Of a stretch of 64,000 nt of DNA, positions 17,278-32,214 are shown piece after piece (the first letter of the stretch is position 1; every line of letters starts with the position of its first letter). The position numbers were made by a program, and so were the translations under genes. The stretch is from the human T2T-CHM13v2.0 reference genome, Homo sapiens: assembly GCF_009914755.1 (NCBI RefSeq), contig NC_060927.1; one strand, given 5' to 3'. A model generated the notes under the pieces. It ran no database searches and was not told the origin of the DNA. It saw nothing but the letters and a program-made list of their open reading frames with translations.

Positions 17278-18175
17278 GTAACTACATTTTAATTGTTACA
17301 AGCAAAGCATGAATCTGAAAATTAGTAAGAATAATTACAAATTAATCATATGTTAAAATATTTTCCAAATGTAATTTATTACCCATATGATATAAGTTAA
17401 ATCTTTTAGTGCTTCAGTTTGGTAGTAAACTTTTATTTTAAGTAACTTATTTTACTTAAAACAGTCTAACCCATTTTTTAAGAAATAGATGTTATGTAAG
17501 AATACTTACATTACCCACTGAATATTTAAAAATTCATAATGTTCTTTAAAATATATAATAAAACTTAGGCTCCAAACTCAACAAAGAAAAATCAAATCTA
17601 ACTGATATGCCAAATTTTTGGTTTTGGATTTCTGCCTATTTCAAAAAAATATGTTAATGTAAACTCATTACCCTTTTACTTTTTATTTTATATTACAGTT
17701 AGAAATACGAAGTTAATTGTATATTGCACAGAAAAATAAAATTAAACATGATGTTATATCTTGGAAAGTACTAAGAGGCCTTTTGAGAAAAAAATACTTC
17801 ATCAATTTGAAAAACAATCTATGGGAAAAAAATTGCAAATCACATATCCAATAAATGAAAAACTCTCAAAAATCAACAATAAGGAAAGAAACAATCCAAT
17901 TTTTTAAATGCGTAAAATAGCTGAACAGACACATTATTCCTCTACCCAATATACAAATAAACACATGAAAAAATGCTCAACATGTTAGGTCCTTATAGTA
18001 AAACCACAGTGAGATACTAGTACACACTTATTAGAATGACTAAAATGAAATATAGCAGTGCCAAGTGCTGTCAAGGACACAGATCAACCAGAAATCTCAT
18101 AAGATACTGTGGAGATGTAAAATGGTATAGTTGCTTTGGAAAATGCTATGGTGATTTTTCATAACATTAAACATA

Positions 18176-19078
18176 CAGGCATACCTTGGAGATATTGCAG
18201 GTTCAGTTCCAGACAACCACAATAAAGCTAACATCACAATAAAGCAAGTCACACAAATTTTTTTGTTTCTCAGTGCATGTAAAACATGTAAAAGTTGTGT
18301 TTACATTATACTATAGCCTATTAAGTGTAAAATAGCATTACGTCTAAAAAAAACCAATGTACATTATCACAATTTAAAAATACTTCATTGCACTGGGTGC
18401 GGTGGCTCATACCTGCAATCTCAGCACTTTGGGAGGCTGAGGAAGGCAGACCACTTGAGGTCAGGGGGCTACAGTAGTACTTTTAATTTCCTTTAAGAAC
18501 TTTTTCCTTTGCATTCACAACTTGGCTTACTGGCACAAGAGACCTAGCTTTTCAGCCTCTCTTGGCTTTCAACGTATCTTCCTCACTAAGCTTAATCATT
18601 TCTAGCTTTTGACTTAAAGTGAGAGGTGTGCAAATTTTCCTTTCACTTGCACACTTAGAGGCCACTGCAGGGTTAACTGGCTTAATTTCAATATTGTAGT
18701 GTCTCAGGAAATGGGGTCACAGTAGAGGCAGAGAAATGAGGGAACAGCCAGTTGGTGGAGCAGTTGGAACACACACAACACTTATCGATTAAGTTCACTC
18801 TCTTATGTGGGTGCAGTTTGTGGTGCCCCAAAACAATTACAATAGTAACATCAAAGATCACCGATCACAAATCACCACAACAGGTAATACTGAAAAGGTC
18901 TGAAATATTGAAAGAATTATCAAAATATGACACAGAGATAGAAAGTGAGTGCACGCTGCTGGAAACATGATGCTGACAGACGCTCAACACAGGGTTGCCA
19001 TAAACCTTCAATTAAAAAAAAAACACTGTAATTTGCAAAGTGTAGTAAAGTGAAGTGCAATAAAATGAGGTATGCCTG
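18176..19078 (-). mobile_element. Tigger1 (TcMar-Tigger) with both TIRs, internally deleted
   Basis: caggcatacct at 18176 after TA and aggtatgcctg ending 19078; minus-strand relic VASKCASERKICTPLTLSQKLEMIKLSEE matches the Tigger1 transposase N-terminus. Confidence 0.93.
18392..18466 (+). mobile_element. Truncated Alu left-arm fragment at the Tigger1 deletion junction
   Basis: ctgggtgcggtggctcatacctgcaatctcagcactttgggaggctgagg...cttgaggtcagg, then abrupt end without tail. Confidence 0.9.
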
Positions 19079-19787
19079 TCCGTCTATCATATGACCCAGC
19101 AATATCACTCCAAGGTATTTTCCCAATGGAATACTACTCAGCAATAAAAAGCAATGAATTATTGGTGCATCAACACAGATGACTTTCAAATGCACTATAC
19201 TAAGTGAAGTAAGTCAGATTCAAAAAGCTACATACCATATAATTCAATTTATATGATGTTCTGGAAGAGGTAAAACTACAGAGACAAAAATCTTATCAGT
19301 GTTTGTCATGGGGTGTTGGTAGGAGAGGGGCTCACTTCAAAAAGTGCAAGGGACCCTTGGGGAGTGACAGAACTAGTCTGTATCTTGACTGTGGTAGTAG
19401 TTACAAAACTGTCAACACGCACAGAACTATACACTAAAAATGGTAAAGCTTATTGTATGTAAATTGTACATTAAAAGAAGTCTGAGGTCAACAACACATA
19501 TTTCCCTTCATGGAAAACGAAGATTTAAACTACCTATACATACCTAAACATACTTAAACAAAACATTGGAAAAAATCCTGAGCTTTTTTGCAAAATAAAA
19601 TAAATCACTATTTGCCCATGTTTCTCCAAAAGATCAAAACTTCCTGATTTATTGATAAGCAGAAGTACTACAAACTTACTGAATTTCTCGTCTGATTACT
19701 TCAATTTGCTCAGTGATTGATACAGGGTGGGGGAAGTGTTGGAGGTTTATGGAAAGGAGAATGTATGAAACACCTGTTTAGGAGAAA

Positions 19788-19972
19788 GACTGACAAGCTT
19801 TTAAAAGGGCCACAAAGTAAATATTTTAGGCTTTCAGGGGCCATATGATCTCTGTCACAGCTACTCAGCTTTGCTGTGTAGCCATAGATAATACATTAAG
19901 GAACTGGTAAGGCTCTGTTCCAATAAAATTTTAATTACGACAATAGACAGGTGGAGCTGGCCCATTGTTTGA
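19788..19972. mobile_element. MER58A-like non-autonomous hAT-Charlie element
   Basis: aaagggccacaaagtaaatattttaggcttt...tctctgtcacagctactca...gttccaataaaattttaatt. Confidence 0.8.
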
Positions 19973-21957
19973 ACTAAAGACCCAATCTGGATGAGCAGGA
20001 GAATGAAAGGACTAAGGAAATCATTTCCAGAAGTCATTATGGGCCCTCTTAAAATCTAAAGTGACCCTAATTCACTGTGGCTTTCTGTTGGAGTAACACA
20101 GTCAGGTGAATAAAAAGATCATTAAATTTACTTATGGCTGTAATTTAGCCAACGTAAGTACTATGTATGAGAGGGCAAGGGTATGAATGTAAGCAAGGTA
20201 GTGAATATGATAAATGATGACAATTTAAATTAAATAAGGAAAATGAAGATATGAGGAAAATGAGGGATAGTGAAAAGGAGGTAGAATCACTGGATTGTGG
20301 GTCCTTGTGAAGACAAAGGACTGTTGAAACCTAAGTACTAAACGACATGAGGAGGACTGATAGGAGAGAGTGCCTGGGAAATAAGAAACTACAGTCACAG
20401 GAAGACTAAAGCTTGGTGAGCACTAGTCTAACATGACCATGACAGAGGAAGAATAAATGACAGTGTCACCAAGAAAACAGAGGTCTAAGAACTGAGAGGG
20501 TGGGGCATTCAAAATAACCTGACAGGGGTTGACAAGCTTTTTTTTTTTTTTTTTTTTAACACAAAGGGCCACAGAGTAAATAATATTAAGCTTTGTAGAC
20601 CAAAAGGTAAAATCAAGGATACTGTATACAAACTCATATAAGAGAGAAAACAATTTCCACAAAAATTTTATTAATGAAATTCAAACTATGATAATAATAA
20701 TGCATAACTTTTCACCATACAGTTCTACTAATGAAAACGCTGGAATTCTCTTTTATAGGGCTTCAAAATTAGCATTCCCTATCATTAAAATCAATTGTAA
20801 ATGTATGTTAATGCTGATCTGCAATGAGATTTTATGCATTTCATCTTTGAAACCGTCTTGTCACAAAGACAGATACTGATATCAATCCATGAAAATGTGA
20901 TTTTATCAAGCATTATTCACCACTTGGAAGGCATTTACAGAAAATTTTATTAGATCCCTGATATTTGCCTTTTATCATGTATTACACTGGACATTAACTA
21001 CTTCCAATTAAAGAGTAGGCAGAGTTGCACAATTAAGTGGATTCTGAAATATGAAAACTTTCTTTGCACTTGCATCAAGGTCCAAAATCTGACGAAATTG
21101 TAGTTTGAGCTTGGAAAATACATCCACTGCCTATTTGTGTGAGAGTGGAGATTTTGCTTCTTGTTCTAACTGATAGCATAGGAAGTACATAAAACAGCAT
21201 TTTGTGATTCAATATTAGGTGCTGTCAAGATAACTTTATCATGGGAGAAATTTCACATATAAACACTGGTTTCCCTTGTAATAACAGGCTGAATTTATTA
21301 AGAAACATTTTCAAGTCTTCAGCAGAAGCTAATTTCTAAAGCTATTCTTCAGTGATTGAGATTGGTGATATTAATTCAGAAAAAGTTTAATTTTGGCTTT
21401 ACATTCAAAAGCTCCCAATAAGACTTTACCACTTCTAAGATATTAAACTGCTATATAATAGAGTAAATCAGAACATTCAGCTTCCATAGCTGACAGAAAT
21501 TCACGGAACACTGATAATGGTTAAGCCCACCAGAGCAAATGAAGTTCACTATTGACACTATTGGTTCAATGACACATAATGTATTCAAATGTTTCTCACA
21601 AAGTACTGGTCACAAATACTAACATGAAAGGCCATAAACTTTAAATGCTTTGTATTTCTCAAGCTTTGTAAATTAGTTCAACTAAACTATTCTGTTCCAC
21701 ATGTATTTTTTTTCCCACCATTCGCTGTAACACAACTTAGCAGATCCACTTCAGTTTATATTAAAATGTTTTGTCAAGTTCTTTACTCATTTTTTTGAAA
21801 ACACCTTGACATTTAAGTTGCATACCATTCCATTCATCCATTTAAAGTGTATAATTCCATTTTGAAACTATTCTTGCCTATAGTTGTTGCACAGAGACGA
21901 ATTCTTTAGTCACTTCAAACCTAGTATTGACTTCTTGAGTAAATAACAGGGTAATAT

Positions 21958-23200
<1,243 letters not shown>

Positions 23201-24371
23201 TAGTAATTGGTACCATCTGTCAACTCATCAATAGCCAAGGAAAACCACTTGAAATCATCTGCCTTGTTTTTTAATTGACTATTGATGTTGATACCATGTA
23301 GGATTTCATTTGAGAATCAGAGTTCCATCAAAAAAAGTTTAAAAGCCATTCTCCTATATTAGTTTCACTCCAATTTCTTCTGTTTAAACAACTATTAAAT
23401 TTCATCTGTAATTATTTTTCCTCTGAAATGCCTTTCATGTCCATTTCATTCAATTTTCAGTCTTCAGGTCTTTTTCAGAACCTCATCACTTAATAAAATA
23501 TACTTTGCTAGAGTATGATAGTAGTATTCCTGAGAAATCTCATCATTAAACAATCATTTCAATGAGGCAGGGGAAAGAGAGACTGAGATTAGTTTCAGAA
23601 GTTAGTTTCCTTCAGGGGAAAAAAATTTAATGGCTAATTAATTAGATCTACAACCCAAACGCTGCTGAGTGAATATATCCAGGCTGTTATAGAGTAAGTA
23701 GCTTTAACTCTCAGTTCAAAAGAGTAATGATTTCATGTAAACTTCAAGTTTATACACAATATTCCAAGAACAGCTTTCGAATACAAAATACCACATAAAA
23801 TACAAGGTGGAAAATGAACAAAAATACTTTTATTCTGCTAAGATAGTCTGTTACTACTGCTTATTTTTTCACTGCAATCTTTTACTTTTTAATATCAGAA
23901 AAGGCCTAGATAATGTTAGACACTGAGCAAATTCTCCTACTAAATAATCTAGCTGAAGTCTGGATGATTAAAGCATAGCATCAAGTATTGCTTTTAGTAG
24001 CTAGCCTCCACTCACCCTGTAACAATCAAGAGCTTCTTCAGCCTTGCCTGGCATCGCATCTCCTTAATAACAGCACCTCAAAAGTTTCCCAGCCAGTCTC
24101 TAGCATTTTTGTCAAAGGCTTCTGCATAAGCCAAACTCCCTTGGATTTGTCACGGAATCCTAACATTTTAAAATAATACCTTTCAGGTTCCTATAAGTCC
24201 ATTGTCTATTTCTCCTAAATATCATTTAAGAAAACAAAATGTCTGCAGAACAGGTAGAGCACAACAAGATTTTTCTATTGGGATAAAGTTAGACTTTCTC
24301 AGGACTCTAGAGTTAGAGTGGATCAAACTCCACGTCCTCCCCCTCTATCCATTGATAAAGAACTAAAAGTT

Positions 24372-24459
24372 AGATGAAGTGGGCAAGACCATATATGATT
24401 GATTTTTAAGGTGAAGAGAGATGAAGTGGGAAAGAATATATATGATTGATTTTTAAGGT
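24372..24459. repeat. Direct tandem duplication, period 47 bp, two copies
   Basis: agatgaagtgggcaagaccatatatgattgatttttaaggt and agatgaagtgggaaagaatatatatgattgatttttaaggt. Confidence 0.92.
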
Positions 24460-27415
24460 AGAGTTCCTCCATTATGTAAGTACAATAGGCCCATATAGAA
24501 TACTGTGTGTCTTCAAACAGCAACAAATAGGTTGTTCTTTTTGTGTTTGCAGTCATTTTGTTTTTTTAATTAATGCACTTGTCTCTTTAATTTTAACTAA
24601 TCACACAAATGTAAAACAAGAAAGAGTAGGGGTCATTATTCTTGTATCAGATAAAACAGACTTTAAACCAACAGTAAAAAAAGACAAAGAAGGTCATTTT
24701 ATAATGATAAAGGGTTCAATTCAACAAGAAGACTTAACTATCCTAAATATATATGCACCCAAAATTGGAGCACCTAGATTCATAAAGCAAATACGTCTAA
24801 ACCTAGGAAAAGATGTATACAGCCATACAATAACGGGAGACTTCAACATCCCACTGACAGCCTTAAATAGATTATTGAGGCAGAAAACTAACACAGAAAT
24901 TCTGGACAAGTGTCTAATTTCTCACTCGACCAACTGGACCTAATAGAGCTCTACAGTATACTCTACCCAACAACCACAGAAAATACATTTTTCTCATTTG
25001 CACACAGAACATATTCTAAGATCAACCTCTTGTTGGGCCATAAATCAAGTCTCAATAAATTCAAAAAAATGGAAGTCATACCAAGCACATTCTCAGACCA
25101 CATTGGAATAAAAATAGGTATCAATACCAAGAAGAACCCTCAAAACCACACAATTACTAGAAACTAAACAACTTGCTCCTGAATGACTTTTGGATAAACA
25201 ATGAAATCAAGGCAGAAATCAAAATATTCTTTGAAACAAACGAAAACAGAGACACAACCTACCAAAATCTATAGAATGCAGCAAAAGCAGTGTTAAGAGG
25301 AAAGTTTATAGCACTAAACTCCCACATCAAGAGGACAGAAAGATTTCAAATTAATCATGTAACATCACACCTAAAGGAACTAGAAAAACAAGAACAAACT
25401 AATCCCAAGGCTAACGGAATAAAAGAAAACAGAGTAGAAATGAAACTGAGACCCAAAAACCATACAAAGAATCAAAACAAAAAGTTGGTTCTTTGAAAGG
25501 ATAAACAAGATTGACAGACCACTAGCTAGATTAACAAAGAAAAAGATTCAAATAAGCACAATCAGAAACAACAAAAGTGACATTATAACTAATCCCACAG
25601 AAATACAAAAGCTCCAATGAGATTATTATGAACACCCCTATACACACAAACTAGAAAATCTAGAGAATATAGTTAAATTCTTATAAACACACACCTCCCA
25701 AGATTGAATCAGGAAAAAATTCAAACCTTGAACAGATCAATAACGAGTTCTAAAATTAAATCACTAATAAAAAACACACCAACCAGGAAAGAAAAAAAAA
25801 AAAAAAGCCCTGGACCAGATGGATTCACAGCTGAATTCTACCAAATGTACAAAAGACAGCTGGTACCAATCCTACTGAAACCATTCCAAAAAATCAAGGA
25901 GAAGGGATTCCTCCCTAACTCATTCTACGAAACCAGTATCATCCTGATACCAAAATCTGGCAAAGACACAACGGGGAAAAAAAAAAACAAAACTAAAGGC
26001 CAACATCCCTGATGGAAATAGATGCAAAAATCCTGAACAAAATACTAGCAAACTGAATCTAGGAGCACACCAAAAAGTTAATTCAGTTTGATCAAGTATG
26101 CTTTATTCCCGGGATGCAATGCTGGTTCCCCATATGCAAATCAATGAATGTGATTCACCAAATAAACAGAATTAAAAACAAAAATCACATAATCATATGA
26201 TCATCTCAATAGACACAGAAACAGCTTTTGATAAAATCCAGCATCCCTTCATTATAAAAACCCTCAAAAAACTAGGCATCAAAGGAACATACCTCACAAT
26301 AATAAGAGCCATCTATGACAAACCACAATCAACACTATGCTGAACAGGCAAAAGCTGGACACATTCCCCCTAAGAACTGGAACAAGACAAGGACGCCTAT
26401 TCTCATCACTCCTCTTCAACATAGTACTGGAAGTCCTAGCCAGAGTAATCAGGCAAGAGAAAGAAATAAAAGACATCCAAATAGGAAAAGAGACACTCAA
26501 ATTATCTCTCTTTGCTGACCATATGATTCAGTATCTAGAAAGCCCTAAAGACTCTGCCAAAAGGCTCCTAGACATGATAAACAATTTCAGTAAAGTTTCA
26601 GGATACAAAATCAACAGCATTTCTATACACCAATAACATTCAACTGAGAGGCAAATCAAGAACATAATCCCATTTACACTAGATGCACACACACATACCC
26701 ATACCCTAGGAATACATCTAACCAAGAAGGTGAAAGATCTCTATAAGAAGAACTAAAAAACACTGCTGAAGGAAATCACAGATGACATAAACAAACGAAA
26801 AAAAGTTCCATGTTAATGAACTAGAAGAATCAATAACATTAAAATTGTCCATACTTCCCAAAGCAATCTACAGATTCACCACCATTCCTATCGAACTACT
26901 AATATCATTTTTCACAGACATAGAAAAAACTATTCTAAAATTTATATAGAACCAAAAAAAAAAAAAAAACAGCCCCAAAAGCCAAAGCAATCCTAGCCAA
27001 AAAAGAACAAAACCAGGACTTCAAACTATACTACAGGCTACAGTAACCAAAACAGCATGGTACTGGTACAAAAATAGATACACAAACCAATGGAACAGAA
27101 TAGAGAACCCAGAAAAAAAAGCTGCACACCTACAACCAATTGATATTCAAGAAAGTTGGCAAAAAATAATCAATGGGGAAAAGACCCCTAATAAATGGTG
27201 CAGTGGAAACTAGCTAACCATATCCAAAAGAATGAAAGTGGACTTCTACCTATCACCATATGCAAAAATTAATGCAAGACAAATTAAAGACTTAAATGTA
27301 AAACAAAAACTATAAAAATCCTGGAAGAAAACCTAGGAAATACCCTTCCAGACATAAGCCTTGGCAAAGAATTTATGACTAAGTCCCGCAATTGCAACAA
27401 CAATGAAAACTGACA

Positions 27416-27540
27416 GGCAGGACATAGTGGTTCATACCTGCAATCCTAGCACTTTGGGAGGCCAAAGTAAGAGGACTGCTTGAGGCCAGGAGTTCAAGAC
27501 CAGCCTAGGCAACATGGCAAGACCTGATCTCTACAAAAAA
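27416..27540 (+). mobile_element. FLAM-like Alu monomer inside L1
   Basis: Left-arm monomer flanked by about 26-bp direct repeats aattgcaacaacaatgaaaactgaca / aactgcaacaaaaacaaaaattgaca. Confidence 0.9.
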
Positions 27541-27803
27541 AACTGCAACAAAAACAAAAATTGACAAGTGGGACTTAAAGAAACTAGAGTTTCTGCATAG
27601 CAAAAGAATCAGCAGAGTAAACAGACAACCTACAGAATGGGAGAAAATATTCACAAACTATGAATTCAACAAGAAACTAATATCCAGAACCTGTAAGGCA
27701 GTTAAATCAACAAGCAAAAAACAACCCCATTAAAAACTGGTCAAAGGACATGAGAACAGACACTTCTCAAAATAAGACATACAAGCAATCAACGTATGAA
27801 AAA

Positions 27804-28108
<305 letters not shown>

Positions 28109-28942
28109 TGAACACCACAATGAGATACTATCTCACATCCCTAAGAAGGGCTATTATTAAAATGTCAAAAAAAAAAAAACATGTTGGCGAAGCTACAGAG
28201 AAAAGGGAACACTTATACATTATTGGTAGACGTGAATTATTTCAGCGACTGTGAAAAACAGTCTGGAGATTTCTCAAGGAAGTAAAAACAAAACTACCAT
28301 TTGACCCAGCAATCCCATTACTGGGTACATACCCAAAGGAAAAAAAAATTCTACCGAATGACACATGCACTCATACGTTTATGGCAGCACTATTCACAAA
28401 AGCAAAGACACAAAATCAACACAGGTAACCATCAGCAGTGGACTAGATAAAGAAAATGTGGTACATATACACCATGGAATACTACACAGCCACAAAAAGA
28501 GCAAAATCATGTCTTTTGCAGAAACATGGATGCAGCTGGAGTCAATCACCCTAAGTGAATTAACATAAAAAACAGAAAACCAAATAACACATGTTCCCAC
28601 TTATAAGTGGGCGTTAAATCTTGGGTACACACAGACGTAAAAAATGGGAACAATAGACACTAGGGACTCCAAAAGGAAGAAGAGAAGGAATGGGGGAAAG
28701 GCCTGAAAAACTTCCTATTGGGTACTATGTTCACTGTCTGGGTGACAGGATTAATAGAAGCCCAAATCTCAGAATCATGCAATATCCCCTTGTAAGAAAC
28801 TTGCATATGTACCCCCTGAATCTAAAGTAAAAATTTTAATTAAAAAAAGTTTAATAATTAACCTATGACCTCGTCAATTCACTCCTAGGTAATTAAGAGT
28901 AAACTGAGTATATTTTCTGGAATAATTAAAAATGCACACTGA

Positions 28943-29118
<176 letters not shown>

Positions 29119-29445
29119 AATATTCAAAAATCCTGAGGTCTTCAGGAGTTTGAGTTTAAAGAAGTAATTGAGTATTTTTCCAAAAGAATATGGTGTGAAA
29201 TAATTTGTAAAACAAAGCATTATATCTAGACCCAACTGAATGAATGTTTCATCTTCTGTAGAATGTAAAATAATTTTTCAGGGGGCCCTACATTAAAGGA
29301 AGGCAGGTTAACAAGTCAAAGAGTAGAGAAACTTATCTTGTTTCAGAGTACATTTTCTACAGTTTTTGAAAATATTTTAAAAAGGCAAACCAAACCATAC
29401 TATGGACAAATAAGAAAAATAAGAAACTACTGTGAAAAATAACTT

Positions 29446-29608
29446 TAGCCAGGCATGCTGGTGCACACCTGTAGTCCCAGAAACTCAAGGAAGCTAAGGC
29501 AGGAGGATTGCTTGAGCCCAGGAGGTGGAGGCTGCAGTGAGCTATGATCATGCCACTGCACTCCAGCCTAGGCAACAGAGGGAGACTTCATCTCTGAAAA
29601 CAAAAAAA
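29446..29608 (+). mobile_element. Alu right monomer (FRAM or AluJ right arm)
   Basis: tagccaggcatgctggtgcacacctgtagtccc...gagctatgatcatgccactgcactccagcc, A-rich tail. Confidence 0.9.
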
Positions 29609-30249
29609 GTATTTAAGTTTTGCCTACTTCTCAAACTGACCAAAGCTAAAGTAATATTACATTCCTTAAAGCTTAACTATGTTGTTCCATTTGTTTTAAA
29701 AAAATTTAAATACCTAAATTTGATTAATACATTTGTAATTATGAGTAAATATTTTAGCATAAAAATATTAAATATTATACAATTTTCTTCATATTAGTTA
29801 TAATTAACAGTAACTTATTTTCCAAATTTCCAACTTTCCTCACAAAACAGTATTTTTTTAACATGGCAGTTAAATGCCTTGGTATCTTATAATGCTTTAC
29901 AAGATAAATCTGACATTCCTTAGCTTAGCATCAAGGCTAGACAATGCAATTCCAAAATCAAGCTTTCTAGACTTATCTCCTCACCCCCACTCTCCCCGTC
30001 CTTCCTGCTTTCCTCAGAATGGCCATTTACATGCACATCTTGCCTCTGCCCACTCCATTGTGAAATCCGGTCTTACCCCTACACCCACAGACTTCGTTTC
30101 AGCGAAGCGTAGAAGGCTACATACATACAGGCTACAGGCCAGGTTCAGTACTGGCTTTGCCCTTACCTGAACAAAATAAAAATCTCCCTGGTTAAAACCA
30201 AAAGTTGATGTCACTTCGAAATTTCCTTGGTGCTTGATCTACCCTTTCA

Positions 30250-30460
30250 ACAGCATATTGGTTAAGGGCACAAACTTCGAAGAGCTAGATTGTTATTTAC
30301 CAGTTATACGCACTGAGGGAGGTGACTTAATCATTTTGAACCTCATCTGTAAAACAGGAATACCAGTACCCTCCTCACAGGACTGCTGTGTGGATAAAGT
30401 GAGATAATTTATGTATTGGTTTACAGTGCTTGGTGGAGAACAGGTACTCAATAAATTTAC
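30250..30460 (+). mobile_element. MIR SINE
   Basis: cctcatctgtaaaacaggaataccagtaccctcctcacaggactgctgtg...gtactcaataaat. Confidence 0.8.
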
Positions 30461-32214
30461 TTAAGTATCACTAGGTCTATGATAATCATGAATTCTTAGG
30501 AATTGCTAGGTTTTTTTAAACTGCAATGAAGTACCTGCCTCCTTCTGGTTCTTTTAAGCCAGGATATATGACACACTGCTTGGCCTCTTGTCCAGCATCT
30601 GCAACTGTCTGGGTGTTTGCCGGTCTGCCTCAGTTTTAACTTGCTACCCTGTGTGTGTTTCTGAATCGATTATCTGAGTATCTGTTTACCTCTTCTTGCC
30701 CAACGATTCCCAACTTCCTTCAGTACACTGTAGATTTTCTTTCTGGTCCTGGCTTCCATCATGCCTTTGCTTTACTACCTATGGTTCCTGTGATGACACT
30801 TGACTCCCATGCAACACATGGATTACAAAGCCTAAATCAAATTCACTCTTGAGATCACTTAAGTTCTATCTCTTCCATGAAGACACCAATCTGAATTGTC
30901 TGGTCTATTTCAATGAAATTCTAAAGCACAGGTTGTCTGCACCATTGTGTTGGAAATCTGACATATGCTTCATCAAATTGTGAGTCACATGATTCACATG
31001 TTCATTCATTCAATGACTATATGTAAGAATGAGACCACTTCAACCAAGTCTCAATTTGTTAAAGACTTGTTAAAACAAATGCTACACATCTTTTTTAAAT
31101 ATAGCTGCTATGAACTAACAAAAACATTCTATATAGATTTGAGGGGTAGGGATACTCATACATAAAATACATACACTTAATTGAAAACTGGGCAACTTTC
31201 ATTATAAAGCCTCTGATTTGCCATATTTCTGTTGTAAGACATAATAATAAAATGGAATCAATCTTCTGGATGACTTCCCCTATCCTCCTAAACAAAAAAA
31301 ATTTAAGTATGGTTTAATATTTTTATATATATCAGGTTTTTATCAATTTATATAATTACACCATACTTTAATTATATACATATATACACACATATAAATG
31401 ATCTCTTTTATGTCTTTATTGGGATATTTTGATATATAGTGTTAAGCTTTTATATGTTTTATGTATAACCAATCTTTTAGTATGAATTATTAACAGCTTT
31501 GCAGATAAAAAAAAATTGGTTTCTAAAAGCTTTGTTAAAGCAGAAAATGTCAGTCCCAGCAATCCATACTTCTCTGCTTAATACTTCCTTGGCAAGCTCT
31601 GTCCATGCCAGTGCAGTCTGGGCTTCAGCAATCACAATGCCAGGAGCTTGTAGTGCACACAACATTCTCAGTTACACAAACAGTATTCATTTCCTTCATC
31701 CTCACAAATTAAGAGTTAAACTCTAAGTAGGTCTTTAACATTTTCTTTCATAAGACTTCTCTATTAGAGCTAATTAACTATAAATTAGGGCTTGAAAAAT
31801 GTGAGCAGAAAACTAATTTTTATCGATAACTGAACCATACTAAGGGAAATATAAAGGGTTAAGCTAAGTTAGTCAAGAGTAAATCAACATTCTCTCTAAC
31901 CCCACCCCATTAGCCCAACTGGTTTACAAAAATAAGATGCTGTTATTATTCAGCTATTTAATACAGCTATTTAATACAGTTGTGAATAAAAGTCATAGTA
32001 AAGAGAAAAAGAGGACTGCTGTGTTTTCAGGCATGAAGAACACTAACTTAGATGACAGGTTTTCCAGTGTTTTTATATTTTTACAGAGAGAACTGTATAC
32101 ATCTAAGAACTAAAGGCTTAAAAAAGAACCTTATGGAAAAAGAAACCTAGTGAACATATATAATTCTGAGTGATTTAGTTTTTTCAAAAATCTCTTTTTT
32201 TTGGGAAGAGAATC

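Larger units (their letters stand above)
17800..19480 (+). mobile_element. L1ME/MD-type 3' fragment interrupted by Tigger1
   Basis: L1 text is continuous across the transposon: ...ttaaacata[Tigger1]...tatcatatgacccagcaat; UTR ends gtatgtaaattgtacattaaaa. Confidence 0.8.

Noticed and set aside
24446-26636. ORFs with endonuclease and reverse-transcriptase motifs as a possible novel RT system
   Set aside because: Ordinary LINE-1 ORF2 relics: fragmented by stops and frameshifts, catalytic FADD changed to FADH, 5' truncated.
31477-31726. Overlapping ORFs with protein-like composition in non-repeat sequence
   Set aside because: No recognisable domain, no convincing splice-site pair, no poly(A)/TSD of a processed pseudogene; a tBLASTx search would settle it.
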